This document shows, in pieces, positions 34,940 through 47,459 of a DNA stretch of 64,000 bases. This DNA comes from Emiliania huxleyi CCMP1516. Taxonomy: Eukaryota. The translations under genes and the position numbers were made by a program. Every line of letters begins with the position of its first letter. Position 1 is the stretch's first letter. The notes beneath the pieces are model-generated. The model had not been told where the DNA came from and made no database searches. It saw only the letters and a list, made by a program, of their open reading frames with translations. The stretch spans positions 1 through 64,000 of the forward strand of contig NW_005201791.1 in assembly GCF_000372725.1 (NCBI RefSeq), written 5' to 3'.

Positions 34940-35800
34940 GGACGGGGCGTGTGTGGGTTGCGAGAGGTGCGTGGGTGGGTGGGGAGGCATGCGGGGAAAG
35001 GTGCGAGGGAGAAGGCGCGGGCAGGGGAGGTTGGGCGTACAGGCGAGAGGAGGTGCATAAGGCGAGGCGAGGCGCATCACCGCGAGAGAGTGTGTGAGTT
35101 TGGCCGGCCGCGAAAGTAGGCGGTCGGAGCCTTGCCTGCTCCGAGGGGGACGTGGGGCAGGAGCACTCAGGGATCGCTTCGCTGTGCGCCGGAGGCGGGG
35201 CGGGAGCGGAGCCGAAGGCGGGTGCGTGCGAGCGATCCGCGTGCGCTCCTTCCCAGCGCGAGCGATACAAGGTCTCGTCCGACCATCCGCAGGGAGGAGG
35301 CAGGCCGATGTTTGAGATCCACGGGCCGGCAAAGGAGTAGTGGCCGGCGGGGTAGAGGATGTCGGCGCCTCGCCCGAGCTCCTTCGTGATCGAGAGCAGC
35401 GGCAGCAGTGTCCGGTCCTTGAGTCGCACGCGGCCGTAGTCGTCCGCGTTGATGAGCAGCTCGAGGTCCGGAGGCGTCGGCAGCGCGGGATCGGAGAGGA
35501 TACTGAGGATCATGCGGATCGTGGCCTGCAGCTGTGGGTCGCCGTGTCGCGCCACCTCGCCCGAGCGCAAACGAGGCCGGGGCAGCCACAGCGTGCCGTT
35601 GACGACGGCGAGCGTCGCGAGGATGTCTGACTCGTCCCACCGATGCATGGCGCGGTCGATCATGTCGCGCGTGATGCCGTCCCACTGCGCGAGATCCTCC
35701 CGGATCTGGGCGTACAGCGGCTCGTGATCTGAGCACACGGTGGAGCACTGCGGGCTGGCGGGCTGCATGTTGTGTCGAGCGAAGGTGATGTCAGGCCCCC
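32080..35800 (-). CDS. Glycosyltransferase family 90 (CAP10/KDELC/Rumi-like); multi-exon and spans a gap
   Basis: QIREDL..W.GIT, PDLELLINADD, DILYP, KYLVSLDGHSYAHRL, FYYHLLEPYVHYVPF and CYMHRLLTEY. Confidence 0.85.
34362..34653 (-). mobile_element. Introner-like intron copy C (GT90)
   Basis: CCAGAAGC...CAGCACGTAG; duplication gaccacgccc/gagcacgacc (8 of 10 match); element 3' end triplicated. Confidence 0.75.
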
Positions 35801-36091
35801 TAAACAAATAAAGGGCTCACGCGCACGGCTGTCGGTCAACCCTGCGGCGCATGCGCGCCGCCAAGGCTGCTCGACAGGCGACTGGCATTGTGGCGACGCG
35901 GTCGCCGTTACTCCAACTTTGCTTTGCCGATCAAAAGCGCCCGTCCTTTGCTTTTTCGCCGCCGAAATTTAGCTTGCTGTTTTTTTCTTTATAGGCGTCT
36001 GCCACTTCCAAGCTGCGTATTCTTCTTGTATTATCGTCGAGTAGTGCAGGTACTGCGTGGGGGCGGTACGTATTCCCGTATCACGTATCAC

Positions 36092-36418
36092 TAGCTCCGA
36101 GTAGAGGGGGCGTCCTGCAGTTAAGGGGAAACCTGGTACGCGGGTCCAACCCTCGGAGAGTATTCTTTAGCTCCGAGTAGAGGGGGCGTTCTGCTGCTAG
36201 GGGAAACCTGGAGCGCGGAGCTAACCCTCGGAGACCCGTGTTTACTTTAAGGCCCTTGCCCTGCTTACTTTAAGGCCCTTGCCCTGCGAACGCGCACCCC
36301 CGGGGCTAGGGCTCTCTAGCCCGTAACCCGATGCCAATCATCCGGCCCGCTGGGTGCGCTTCTGAGCTCCCCGGCCCTGGATGTGCGGTTGATGACTGCA
36401 CTCCAAGTGCTCCAAGTG
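36092..36418. repeat. Dispersed repeat with internal tandem duplications; inverted copy at ~58810-58975
   Basis: ctcggagacccgtgtttacttta...gactgcactccaagtgctccaag is shared between the copies. Confidence 0.85.
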
Positions 36419-37303
36419 CTCCGTCCTCCGGTACCGCAGGTTTTGAGCGAGTTTTTCGCCATGCAGCGAGCAGCAAGCCGCCCGCCGCAAACAGCCGGAG
36501 GCCTCGCCGCGGCACTGGCTGCGCCGCGCTCCCGCACCCGTCGGCGCAGCTCCCCCCGCGGAAGACCGCGCGTAGCGACGCCTTGACGATCGAGATGAGC
36601 GTGCCTGAAGCTCGCCCACCTACTGCCCCTGAGAGTTGGTTACGAGTGGGATCGGCTCCCCCCCTTGGGATCAAAGCTTCCACGACCTCGCACCCAACAT
36701 CGCAGGCGGGATCAGAAGGGGACTCCACACCGGACACCGCCCGGGTACAGACCCCCTACCCGTCGGATTGCACAGGGCCCCCTCGGAGCAGCCCATACAC
36801 AATCACGCATCGGCAGAATTAGTGCCTGAGTCAGGCAGACAGCACAGACAAGGAGAGGAGAGAGAGGAGAGAGAGAGAGAGAGGAGAGGGGAGAGGGTGA
36901 GGGTGTGTGCACACGTGTGGAGAGGGAGGGTGTCTGTGGTGGGCTGTAGTCGTACTACGTGGTTACAACCACGCGCCCCTCAGGAGCTTAAGGTAGAGTG
37001 GAGCGTCCCAGACGCCTCGGTGCCTCCCACCGGCGTGAAGACCATCCGGATCAGCCCAGTACGCCCTCCGGGCGAACGGTCCCCGCGATGGCCCACGGTC
37101 CTCCGTCGCCTGGTTGAACCCCCTGCCTCCCGGTTGAACCCCCCCCACTCCTCGTAGTCCATCATGAAATAAACTCAAAGACCCACCACGCCTCCAGCCT
37201 CCACCTCCACCCGCGAGCCACCACCGCCCGCGACGCCGCCCGCCGCGTCAGATTGCCGCGACGCGCGCTTCGAGTCGAGTCGGAGAGCCGCGCCGCACCA
37301 GCA

Positions 37304-38528
37304 CACTGGTCAAACTATTAGCCTCATAATGAGGAAAAGGCTAATAGCGATTTCAAATAGTGCTACTATTAGCTCAGAGGGGCTAATAGCTGAGCTTCAT
37401 AACGTCTGGAGCTATTAGAACACCACTATGAGATGGGCTAATAGCGACTATTAGGGCGCTATTAGGGCACTATGAGAGCCGAATAGTGGCCCTAATAGTG
37501 CCCTAATAGTGCGGTACCCGCGCGACGCGCACTACGCGCGGCGCGGCAAGAGCGATGGCGCCGACTCTCTAGGAGACGGGCTTCCATGAGGCAACCACGG
37601 CGAACGAGAAGGTCACCGTGGAGTCGTTGAACTTGACCGTGGTGACGTCAGGCTTGGTGGTGCTCTTCATCACCTTGACGCACCAGCCGCCGGCGGAGAC
37701 GCCGGGCCACAGCGAGGGCGGCGCGAGCAGGAAGCTGGTCGTGCGGTCCGCACGAGCGCGGGTGTTGCCTGCGCAACAGGGGCACGGGGACGAGCGTCAG
37801 CCCGGCAGCTTGCGGCGGCGCGCGCGCGCGGCGACGGTGCGCACGGCTTGGGAGAGCAGGGAGAGAGAGAGAGAGATAAGGCCGCTGCCGCCGCAGAACG
37901 CAGGATGTGGCTGCGTGCGGGGCGCGGCGGGCGCGGGCGCGCGCTCGGACCTTGCAATTTCAAACTGCGCACGCCCTGATCACGAACAGGATGCGGGCGG
38001 CGCAGAGATCTGCTGCCGCCCGGACCGCCGCCCGGGGATGACCCAGGACCTCGCCGGCGCTGCGCCGGCGAGGGGCCGAAGCCCGGCGGTTGATCACGTT
38101 CTCCACACCCGCGCGCGCTGTGCGGTCGCCGTTCCGCCTCACAAGGCTTCTCGCCGGATCCGCGATCACCGTGGATGGACGCCAAGAAGACCAGCGCTGC
38201 GCCGCACGCCGCCAAACCACCACGCTGGCGCCAGCTCGCAGAGGGTTTCTCGCTGCACGCCAGATGGTCAGCGGGCGCCGATGGCGGCATGGGCGCGACG
38301 AGCTCCGTGGCCGGCATGTCGCTATGAGGCCCAGCTATTAGGCCGCGCCGTGAAGCATGCGGCATGAATCGCGAAATCGCTAAGTGCGCATTATGAGGGT
38401 CCATTATTAGGACATCGGCTATTAGCACACCTAATAATTGCACTATTAGCCCCTCTGAGCTAATAGTAGCACTATTTGAAATCGCTATTAGCCTTTTCCT
38501 CATTATGAGGCTAATAGTTTGACCAGTG
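37304..38528. mobile_element. Non-autonomous TIR DNA transposon with CACTG ends (CACTA/CMC-like)
   Basis: ~85 bp terminal inverted repeats starting cactggtcaaactattagcc; many subterminal ctattag/ctaatag motifs; CAGCA on both flanks. Confidence 0.88.
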
Positions 38529-39880
38529 CAGCAGCATCTGCACCACCAAAGCCAGGCCACACACTCCACGCTGGCCCACAGAGTCCCACTCTAGGGTGCC
38601 CACAGGACCAAAAAAAGAAAGGAAAAAAGAAATGGGGCACTCCCGATCGCAGCACTTCATGTTGGATAGTCGAGATATTGAGAGTGTGACTAGGAGGGCG
38701 GGACGCTGGGGATTCTCAAAGGTATACCCTTGGAATGGCCGGATCCAGCCTTAAAAGTACGAGATCGCGCGCGCTTCGCGCACAGCACCGCCTGTTCTCC
38801 GCGGCTGTGTGACGACGCGTGCCGTGTGCCAGCAGAGTTGGGCGCGCGCGGCGCGACGGCGCCCGCGAGGGAAGGCGCGGGTGCAGCGGCCGCCGGCGGC
38901 CGTACCGCTCGCCAGCCAGCGCAGCAGCGGCCAGCGCAGCGGCCGCCGGCGCAGCAGCAAGATCAGCCGGTGCGCGCCTTGCGAGGCGAGTACTGCCGCC
39001 CGGCAGCCTTGAGGCGGCCGGGCGGCAGTACTCGTTCGAACTTTGCGAGCCGTGCGCGCGCCGAGGCGCCCGCGGCGCGCGCCCGCCCGGCTGCCAGTAG
39101 GAGGCGGCGCAATATGGCCTATAGTACAGCCCTTAGGAGGAGGAAGAGGCTGGCTGGCAGTGCTGTATGCCGCCGAGGGGCAGTTTTGGGGTGCTGTCCC
39201 CATCCCAGGGGGCTGCAGAAGGCGTCCGCAGCCGGGACAACCCGCCCCCCCAGCCGAGGCCGGTCGAAGCCCACTTGAGCACAGCCATGAGGAGTCCTCT
39301 TGGTGCTCCTGGCGGCCGTTGGAATGGCGAGCGCGCGCCGATGGGGGGGGGGGGGGGGTCTTGCTTGCTCCACACCGAGCGCCATCGGTCCGGACCGGCG
39401 TGCTCACCGAGGGGTGGCCTGCACAAGGTCTGAGCCGCGGGCGCTCGGCGCCAAGTGCAGTGTCACGCTCGCACGCGAAGGGGACACAAGGGAAACCCTC
39501 GTTTCCTATGTACTCGGTCCCCCAACGGAAGAGGCCTCGCTCCTATTGGAACAATCCAACATCAGATTTGCCTCGTGCGTCCCTTTTTCAATGTATGTGG
39601 TTTTTGAGCCGAAAAGCTATTTTCTTTTGGGTCCTGTGGGCACCCTACCCACGCTCCCTGGAAGCGATGCGCCGCCTTTTGCTTCTGCGCTAGTATGGGC
39701 AGCCTCTATCACAACACTACTGACCCTGGTCATTAGAGCTGCCAGGGGTAGCGTCAGGGTCAGGAGCCGGTAGGAGTCAAAACCCCCCTCATATTTGAGA
39801 CATCGTGGCCCACATACACTCGTGCATCGAGCCGTACGGTTTACGTAAGGTCGTGCATCGAGCCGTACGGTTTACGTCAC

Positions 39881-39947
39881 TCGGGGCCGCGTCCTCTCCC
39901 CCGATATTATTATTAAAAGGTGTGGAGAAGTTTACCTTACCTTACCC
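39881..39947 (+). mobile_element. Short retroelement 3' terminus with the same (CCTTA)n tail
   Basis: gtgtggagaagtttaccttaccttacc. Confidence 0.65.
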
Positions 39948-40165
39948 CTTGCACCTGTTCATATGAAAGCGGCCGGTACAAAAAGCTCACAACACACAAG
40001 TAATCCCGGGCGGGTCCCGACGATCAAACAGCTGGCCTCGTGCCACAGCGGTGTGCATGACTGACACTCAAATCACACATACCTTCGAGATACGACTGCA
40101 CAGACGCGAGCACACTCAGCACGCGATCTCCCCTGACTGACTCCGTACTCTTCTCTCTGGCTTTC

Positions 40166-40788
40166 TCATTTCGTACGGCTACGTTGCAACGTCGTCATTC
40201 GCCTCCGAAGGGGGCCTCCGCTGACCCGCCACGCGGTCGCTGGCATCGGAACGGCGCGGCGAAACGTAACGCGGCCGCGGCTGCGCGCACACCCGACAGG
40301 TGCGGGCGCTGGGCTTGTTCTGGATGGAGCAAGCGCGGCACTTCCAAAGCGCGTCGCTCCTCCGCGGCGACGCCCGACCCGGAGCAGCCGCGCTGCTGCC
40401 CCCTCCGCCTCCGTCTCCAACGCTGCTGCCTCCGCCGCCGCTTCCGCGACTGCTTCCGCCACCACCTCCGCCTCCGCCGCTTCCGCCGCCGCCTCCGCCG
40501 CCGCCGCTTCCGCCGCCGCCTCCGCCGCTTCCTGCGGCGGCGGTGGGGACGCGTCCTCGCCAAGGCGACGTTGCGCGACGGCGCGGCGACGCGTGGCGAG
40601 GGAGACGGCGTGGTCGCGGGTCGCCGCTCAGGGGACGGGGCGAGAGGACAGCAGCCTCCCCCTACGGTTCAGAGCCGAGGCATGCGTGCTGAAGGCCGCG
40701 TGTGTCTCGCGGCGGCGCGTCGCGAGAGCACAGCCGCCGCGCGCCTCGGGAAGCGCATCCTCCGCCGGCAAGCGCTTGCGGCTCTGCC

Positions 40789-40826
<38 letters not shown>

Positions 40827-43800
40827 TCGGTCCCTGCGTCGCCCGTGCCTGTAGTGGCGCGCGGTGAGCCGCAAGTTGCAAAGCCGGCGAGGCGCGGGTC
40901 GTCGGCCGCAGCAACAGCGAGCGCAGAGCCGCCGATGGCGCCGCCTCCGGCCGTGCCACGTCGCTTAGCGCTGGCTGCGACGCGCGCATCGCCAAAGCCG
41001 CCGGCGGCGGCGCCGGCGGCGGCATTACCACTGCCAACCCCGCCGTTCGCGCCGCGGGCCACCGCCCTCGACTGCGGCCGAGGGGCGCGTGGCGCCGGCT
41101 TCGCGTCCGCGCTTGCCGCGCCGCTCAGCCGCTTGTGGATGAGCGCCACCGCGGCGGCGGCGACGAGGAGGAGGAGCGGCACCTGAAGCGAGAGGAACCA
41201 CGACGAGAGGGCGGTGCCGACACCAACCTCTGACCACTCCTCCTCCCCCTTCCCGCCCGCGAGCATGCCGAGGAAGGCCTCGAGCGGCGTCGCCTGCAGC
41301 GGACCGCGCCGCAGCACGGCCGCGGAGGCGACGGCGAGCAGCGGCGCTCCGGCGGCAACCATCGGCGCGAGGGTCGGCAGGTCAGCGAGGGTGGGGGCCT
41401 GTGCCATGAATCACACCGAGGTCAGGGAGGGAGCATAGCGATGTGCAGAGGACCCGAGCACCGCGGGAAACACGAGGGATGCGAAGGCAGGGAGTACAGC
41501 CGAATGCGGGCCGAGTGCAGCGGAAGACGCGTCCTCTCGAGCGCTGATTGCAATCCAAGAATGCGTCTTCCGCTTCTAGGAGTGGGCCGTCCCGCCGCCG
41601 CCGAGGGCGAGGGTGCAGCCGGCGGCGGCGAGGAGCGCGAGCGGTCCGGCGCTGAGTGCGGCGGCGGCGCCGTCGGGGGAGAGCCACTCGGAGAGGGTGA
41701 GGCGAGTCTTCTGCCCGCCCTGCCCGCCCTGCCCGCCCTGCCCGCCCTGCCCGCCCTGCCCGCCCTCGCCGCCGTCGCCGCCGTCGGTCGCGGCTGGAGG
41801 GGAGCGGAGGGCCGCGCCGAGCAGCGAGGTGTCCCGCCGCGCCAGGAGGAAGCCGCCTGAGGGACGTGTCCTGGACGTGTCCTGAACGTGTCCTGGACGT
41901 GTCCCGCGGCATCAGCAGGAGGCCGCCGAAGAATGCGCGGCTCGACAGGCGCTCGTCCAAGTGGTGGTGCGGCGCGCCGCCGCCCACGCCGAGCAGCGAT
42001 GCGTTGGCGGGGAGGGCGCTTCCCGCGAGGGCGGCGAGCGTCGCGTTGCCGCCCTGCGCCGCCGCCCCGCCCTCGTCGCGCGGCTGCCCCAGGCTGCCGA
42101 GCGTCCGCGAGGACGGGAGCAGCGACGCGTCGAGCGCGCCCAGCGCGGCGGCCAGGCTCAGCACGCACGCGGCGAAGAGGACCCGCTCAGTGCATCCAAG
42201 CCGGCGCACCTCGCCCCCGTCCAGCGCGGCGGGGCGGCCGAGCGCGCGCACCCGCCACAGGGCGAGGGCGAGGCGGAGCTTGAGGAGCAGCTTGAGGCCG
42301 CAGAGCAGCAGCAGCGCCGCCTCGGTGTACACCATCGCCTGCGCCTCGCCCCGCGCGCCAACGTCGCTCGCCGCCCAGCCCGTGAGCCTCTCGTACCCGT
42401 CGACCACGTCCACCGCCACCGCCGCCGGCAGCAGCAGCAGCACGGTGAGCCCGCCGCCCGGCACGCGGTGCGGAGAGCGCGCGAGGAGGGCGAGGGCGAT
42501 GTCCACGTCGAGGCGCACGAGCAGCATGAGCAGCGAGGCAACCTAGACGAGGTGCGGGCGAGGTGCGGGCGAGGTGCGGGCGAGGTGCGGGCGAGGTGCG
42601 GCCGAGGTGCGGCCGAGGCGAGGAGCGGCGCACCAGCAGCGCCCACGCGACAGAGAGGCCCCTCCGAGCGGCCGCCTTGAGGACGTGCAGCCCGTCGGCC
42701 GAGGCGAGCGACGAGATGGCGGCGAGTAGCTGCGTGACGGTCGCGATGGCGAGGCCTGTGCGCACCGGGGGAGGGGGGGCGTGGGAGGGGCGCAGGAGGC
42801 CGTCGGCGGCGCAGGAGGCCGTGGACGAGAAGACGTGGAGGACGACGGACGTGTCTAGGACGTGTCTAGGACGTGTCTAGGGCGTGTCTAGGACGTGTCT
42901 AGGACGTGTCTAGGACGTGTCTAGGACGTGTCTAGGGCGTGTCTAGGACGTGTCTAGGACGTGTCTAGGACGTGTCTAGGACGTGTCTAGGGCGTGTCTA
43001 GGACGTGTCTAGGGCGTGTCTAGGACGTGTCTAGGACGTGTCTAGGGCGTGTCTAGGGCGTGTCTAGGACGTGTCTAGGGCGTGTCTAGGGCGTGTCTAG
43101 GACGTGTCTAGGGCGTGTCTAGGGCGTGTCTAGGGCGTGTCTAGGGCGTGTCTAGGGCGTGTCTAGGGCGTGTCTAGGGCGTGTCTAGGGCGTGTCTAGG
43201 GCGTGTCTAGGGCGTGTCTAGGGCGTGTCTAGGGCGTGTCTAGGCGGTGGCCGTGGACGAGGATTAGCGCGACGACGGTGCAGAGCTGCAGCTTCTCAAA
43301 GAGGGAGAGGTGGGCGAAGCCGCAGCAAGCGGGAGCGTGCGCGAGCTCGGCGGCGTAGAGGGCGAGCGCGGACGAGAGCAGCAGCAGCAGCGTGCAGTGC
43401 AGGTACACGGTCGACCAGAGGAAGCGAGTGCACTTGCGTGGTGACGAGCGGCACGTGCCCGAGTCGCGGAGGCAGCCGAACGCGGCGACCATCGAGAGGA
43501 CAGGGAGCTCGAGCAGCGGCGCGGAGAGGGACGGCGCGATCCCCTCGCTGCCGTAGAGGACGCCGACAGAGCCGAGCAGCAGCGAGAGGAAGCCCAACGC
43601 GAAGAGCGACTTTGAGAGCGCGAGCTGCCGCTCCTCCGCCCTCTGCCGCCGGAACCCCTCGGCGAGCTCCTCCGCCGCGTCCCTCGACAGCGTGTCGCCT
43701 GCGATGGCCGAGCGCGCCTCCGCCTCGTCGACGTCCTCGGCAGCGCCGCCTAGCCGCGAGACTACCCGAGATGGCCCGAGATGACCCGAGGTGGCCCGAG

Positions 43801-46253
43801 ATGGCGCGAGATGGCCCGAGATGACCCGAGGTGGCCCGAGGTGGCGCGAGATGGCCCGAGATGGCCCGAGATGGCCCGAGATGGCCCGAGATGGCGCGAG
43901 ATGACCCGAGATGGCCCGAGATGGCCCGAGATGGCGCGAGATGGCGGCGCACGCCTAGCCGCGCGCTCCTCTGGCGCAGCTTGAAGACTCGCGCCGCCGC
44001 GGCGTGCTCGAGCCGCGCCTCGGGGAAGCGGAACGGCCGCGTGGGTAATCTCGGGTAATCTCGGGTAATCTCGGGTAATCTCGGGTAATCTCGCCGCGCC
44101 TCGGGGAAGCGGAACGGCCGCGTGGGTAATCTCGGGTAATCTCGGGTAATCTCGGGTAATCTCGGGTAATCTCGCCGCGCCTCGAGGAAGCGGAACGGCC
44201 GCGTGGGTAATCTCGGGTAATCTCGGGTAATCTCGGGTAATCTCGGGTAATCTCGGGTAATCTCGGGTAGTCTCGCCGCGCCTCGGGGAAGCGGAATGGC
44301 CGCGTGGGCGCCGCCGGCTGCGAGTAGTTGAGGTAGGTGCCGCTGAGGAGGAGCGCGAGCTTGAGTGGCGCGGCGAGCACCGTGCAGAGCAGCGCGAGCC
44401 GCCCCTGCAGCAGCAGCGACCAGAGGTAGGCAGGGTTCAGCCACGCGACACCCGCGGCTAGCCCCGCGGCGCAAGGCACCCCGGCCAGGGCCGGCCGGCA
44501 GGGCGCGCCGCCCCCCCGCGCTCCTCCGACGCCAAGCCAGTCGGCGTCGACTGCGAGCGCGAGCAGGGCGGTGCCGAGCAGCGCGCGGGAGAAGTACAGC
44601 CGCGACTCGCTCTGCCCGAGCGTGGCGAGGAGCCCGAGCGCGCACGACGCGTCGGCGCGTAGCAGCGAGAGGACGCAGCCCACGAGGAGGAGCGCGCGGC
44701 CCAGGTACTCCTCCAGCGCCGCGCCGAGGTCTTCGCCACCGCAGAGCCCGGCGGCGCCGCTCTCGGCGCCGCCGGTCGGGAGCCCGCCGCCCCGCTTGGC
44801 GTTGCGACCCGCCGCTCGCGCCGCGGCGGCGTCGCGCTGGCCGGTGGCCTTGCGTCCCTCGGTGAGGAGGAAGAGGCAGACTGCCTTGAGCGTGATGATC
44901 GGCAGCAGCAGGAAGAGGAGCGTGAGCGTCTCGTCGTTTGCGCGCATCGAGGCGGCCCACCCGAGCGCTCTCTCCATCAGTGTGTACGGGTCCCTGCCCG
45001 CCGCATCCCCTGCACCCGCCGCGCCGCCGCCGCCGCCGTCCGCGCCGCCGCGCGGGAGGAGCGGGGCGGAGGAGGGGGGCGAGGGCGGGAAGGAGAAGAG
45101 GGATGGGTCGGAGGAGTGCACGCCCGCCACCAGCCACAGGCCGTCGGCCGTGAGCGACGCCTAGGGAACTGTCTAGGAAGTGTCTAGGAAGTGTCTAGGA
45201 AGTGAGCCACAGGCCGTCGGCCGTGAGCGACGCCGCGAGCAGCACGGCGCCAAAGCGGAGGCGCGGGCCCTGCTGCGAGTACGCGGCGGCGATGTTGTAC
45301 ACTGCGGCGGCAAACGTGCCGTCGCGCCGAAGCGGCTGGACCAGCAGGGCGAAGAGCGCGAGCGCGACCAAGTGCGGGATGAGAGACTCTGAGACGAGCT
45401 CGACGGCCTCCTGCGCGCCGCCGAGCCGTACCGAGCGCGAGTTGGCTCGCAGCTCTGCGGTGTGCCTGCGCGAGCGCCGGAGCTTTTGCGAGATGGCCTC
45501 CCGCTCCGCCCTGCGGCGCGCCTCGCGCTGGTAGGGCAGGCACGTGGCGCGGTGCGTCTGCTGCTCCGAGAACCTGTACTTCCTCCCGCACGGGCAGTCG
45601 GCCACCGTCCTACGTGCCGAATACGCCAACCTCGGGGCGGGAATACGGCACTGCGCAGTGTCACCAGAGCACCGCGTGAATACAAGGTCACTACAGTGAA
45701 TACGGCTGAATACGGCCGAGTACAGCTGAACACGTGTCCTCTCGAGCGCTGCTAGGAATGCAAGAACATGTCGCCTCTAGGCCACCGTCCGCAGCTCACA
45801 GGAGAGCACGTGCGAGGCGTAGCTCGCGGGCGTGAGGTTGCGGCCGCACCCAAACGGGCAGGGGCCGGCCGCGTAGGAGCAGCTGCGGTAGTGCTGCGAG
45901 AGCTCGGAGACGCGTCCCTTCCAGCTGCAGCCGTGCGCCTTGTAGATGCAGCACGAGCGCATGCGCGAGAGCAGCTTGGCCGCCATCAGGTTTGGCTGCA
46001 GGTCGCCCTCTTTCAGAGGCGCGAGGCACTCGGCGCAGCTCTCCTCGCCTTCGCGCAGCCGGCCGCGGATGCACGCGCCACAAAAGGTGTGGTGGCACGG
46101 CGTGAAGAGCGGGTCCTTCTCCAGAACCTCCTCGCAGATCGGGCAGGTGAGGTATACCAGCGACTCGGAGAGCTCCGCCTCGTTGAGCGTCTTGAAGATG
46201 GAGCGCGACGAGTGCGACTCGTCGAGGCCCAGCGCCTCGCGCTCGTGGCGCAT
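40166..46253 (-). CDS. RING plus TRAF-type zinc fingers followed by a long multi-pass membrane region; probably one multi-exon gene
   Basis: CPIC..PCHHTFCGAC..CAEC, CIYKAHGCSW..HYRSC and CPFGC..HVLSC; frame continues across intron 45610-45789 into hydrophobic exons; 3' end uncertain. Confidence 0.65.
41399..41587 (-). mobile_element. Introner-like intron copy D
   Basis: CTAGAAGCGG...GGCACAG with gtcctctcgagcgct and gagcaccgcg motifs; degenerate duplication gcccactc/gcccccaccc. Confidence 0.75.
42847..43243. repeat. Intronic 11 bp tandem repeat gg(a/g)cgtgtcta
   Basis: About 36 copies. Confidence 0.95.
43763..44300. repeat. Intronic 10 bp tandem repeats (gagatggccc and ctcgggtaat) with reiterated exon pieces
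   Basis: Seen directly in the sequence. Confidence 0.9.
45610..45789 (-). mobile_element. Introner-like intron copy E (RING gene)
   Basis: CTAGAGGCG...GGCACGTAG; duplication gccaccgtc at 45601-45609 and 45781-45789. Confidence 0.88.
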
Positions 46254-47459
46254 GCGCAACCGAAAGTGGGCGAGTTGGCGAGCGAGGCCACAGAGGGTTG
46301 AGCTCCGGACTGGATAGGGGGCAAACCGCGGTATCGGGCGTGCGAGCCAACGTCGCACAACACTTATAAAATCGCGCGCGACAGTAAATGTTTAATCAAC
46401 TAAACACTGACAGAGAGCTAAGGAGAGCCGCACCGCCCTCAAGAGAAGGCCGCCCTCGATCGTGCGTGGGAGTTTGGTTCTCAGTTTTTAGGATGGAAGG
46501 GTCTAGGAACGGACCACGCTCGAAGCACCACCGCCAGGTGCTTGTCGAGCTCGGCTAGATCTCGCTCGTTCTCGGCTAAATCTCGCTCGTTCTTTTTTTG
46601 GAAAACTGTACCCCATGTCCCCCAATGTACCCAACATTCCGCTGACGGCCTCTATCCCAAGGAAGCCCTCCACTAAGCTCGTCCGCTCGCACATATATCA
46701 CATATGCAGAACAGACATCAAGCCTGGGCTAAACCAGGCGTGATTGATGGAACCACGTCGGTGAAAAACGAAAAATTGCCCCTCCGCGAGACCTCGATAG
46801 AGTAGCGCTGAAGAAGGCGCTCTTTTTGATTGAAAATAGTACCCCACGTTCCCCGACGGCTTTGCCTGACATCCACGAGGCATACCATGCACTTTCCTCG
46901 TCCGCTCGCGCTTGCCGCGCCGCATTGCGCCCGTTTATGCCGCCGCGAGCAGCACGCCTAGACCCCCGCGACGCCTATTGCTCACGGAACCCGCCGCCTC
47001 ACCTCACCACCCCCACCACGCGATGCGCCCTCTCTCGCCGCGCGAGCGGCTGTACCCCCCTCGGCCTCGCACCGCCTGCCTACTCCCGCTCGCAGGTACA
47101 GCCGCTGCCATCGAGGAAGCCGCGAGACGCGTCCGCTGCTGCCCATTCCCCACCCTTGTCCCGCGCGACCGCCCTCCCTCTCTTCTGGCAAGAGAGCGAC
47201 CCGCTCTCGCTTGCTCGCCAATCGCCGCCCGGCTCCAGTCCGAGCGCCGAGGACGCGAGACTCGCCGCCTGTCCATCGCGTCGCCTGCCGTTTGTCGCTC
47301 CACCCCTCCGGCGCCTATGCCGAGCCAAACTTCCCCCCTGTCGGTCACTGATGATGCGCAGACGCTCTCTCTCCCCCCCCCGGCCATCTCTACCAGTCCG
47401 TAGGCTGACACCGCGCTCACGTTTGACGCTGCTGACGCTCATCCGCCGCCGCCTGCAGA

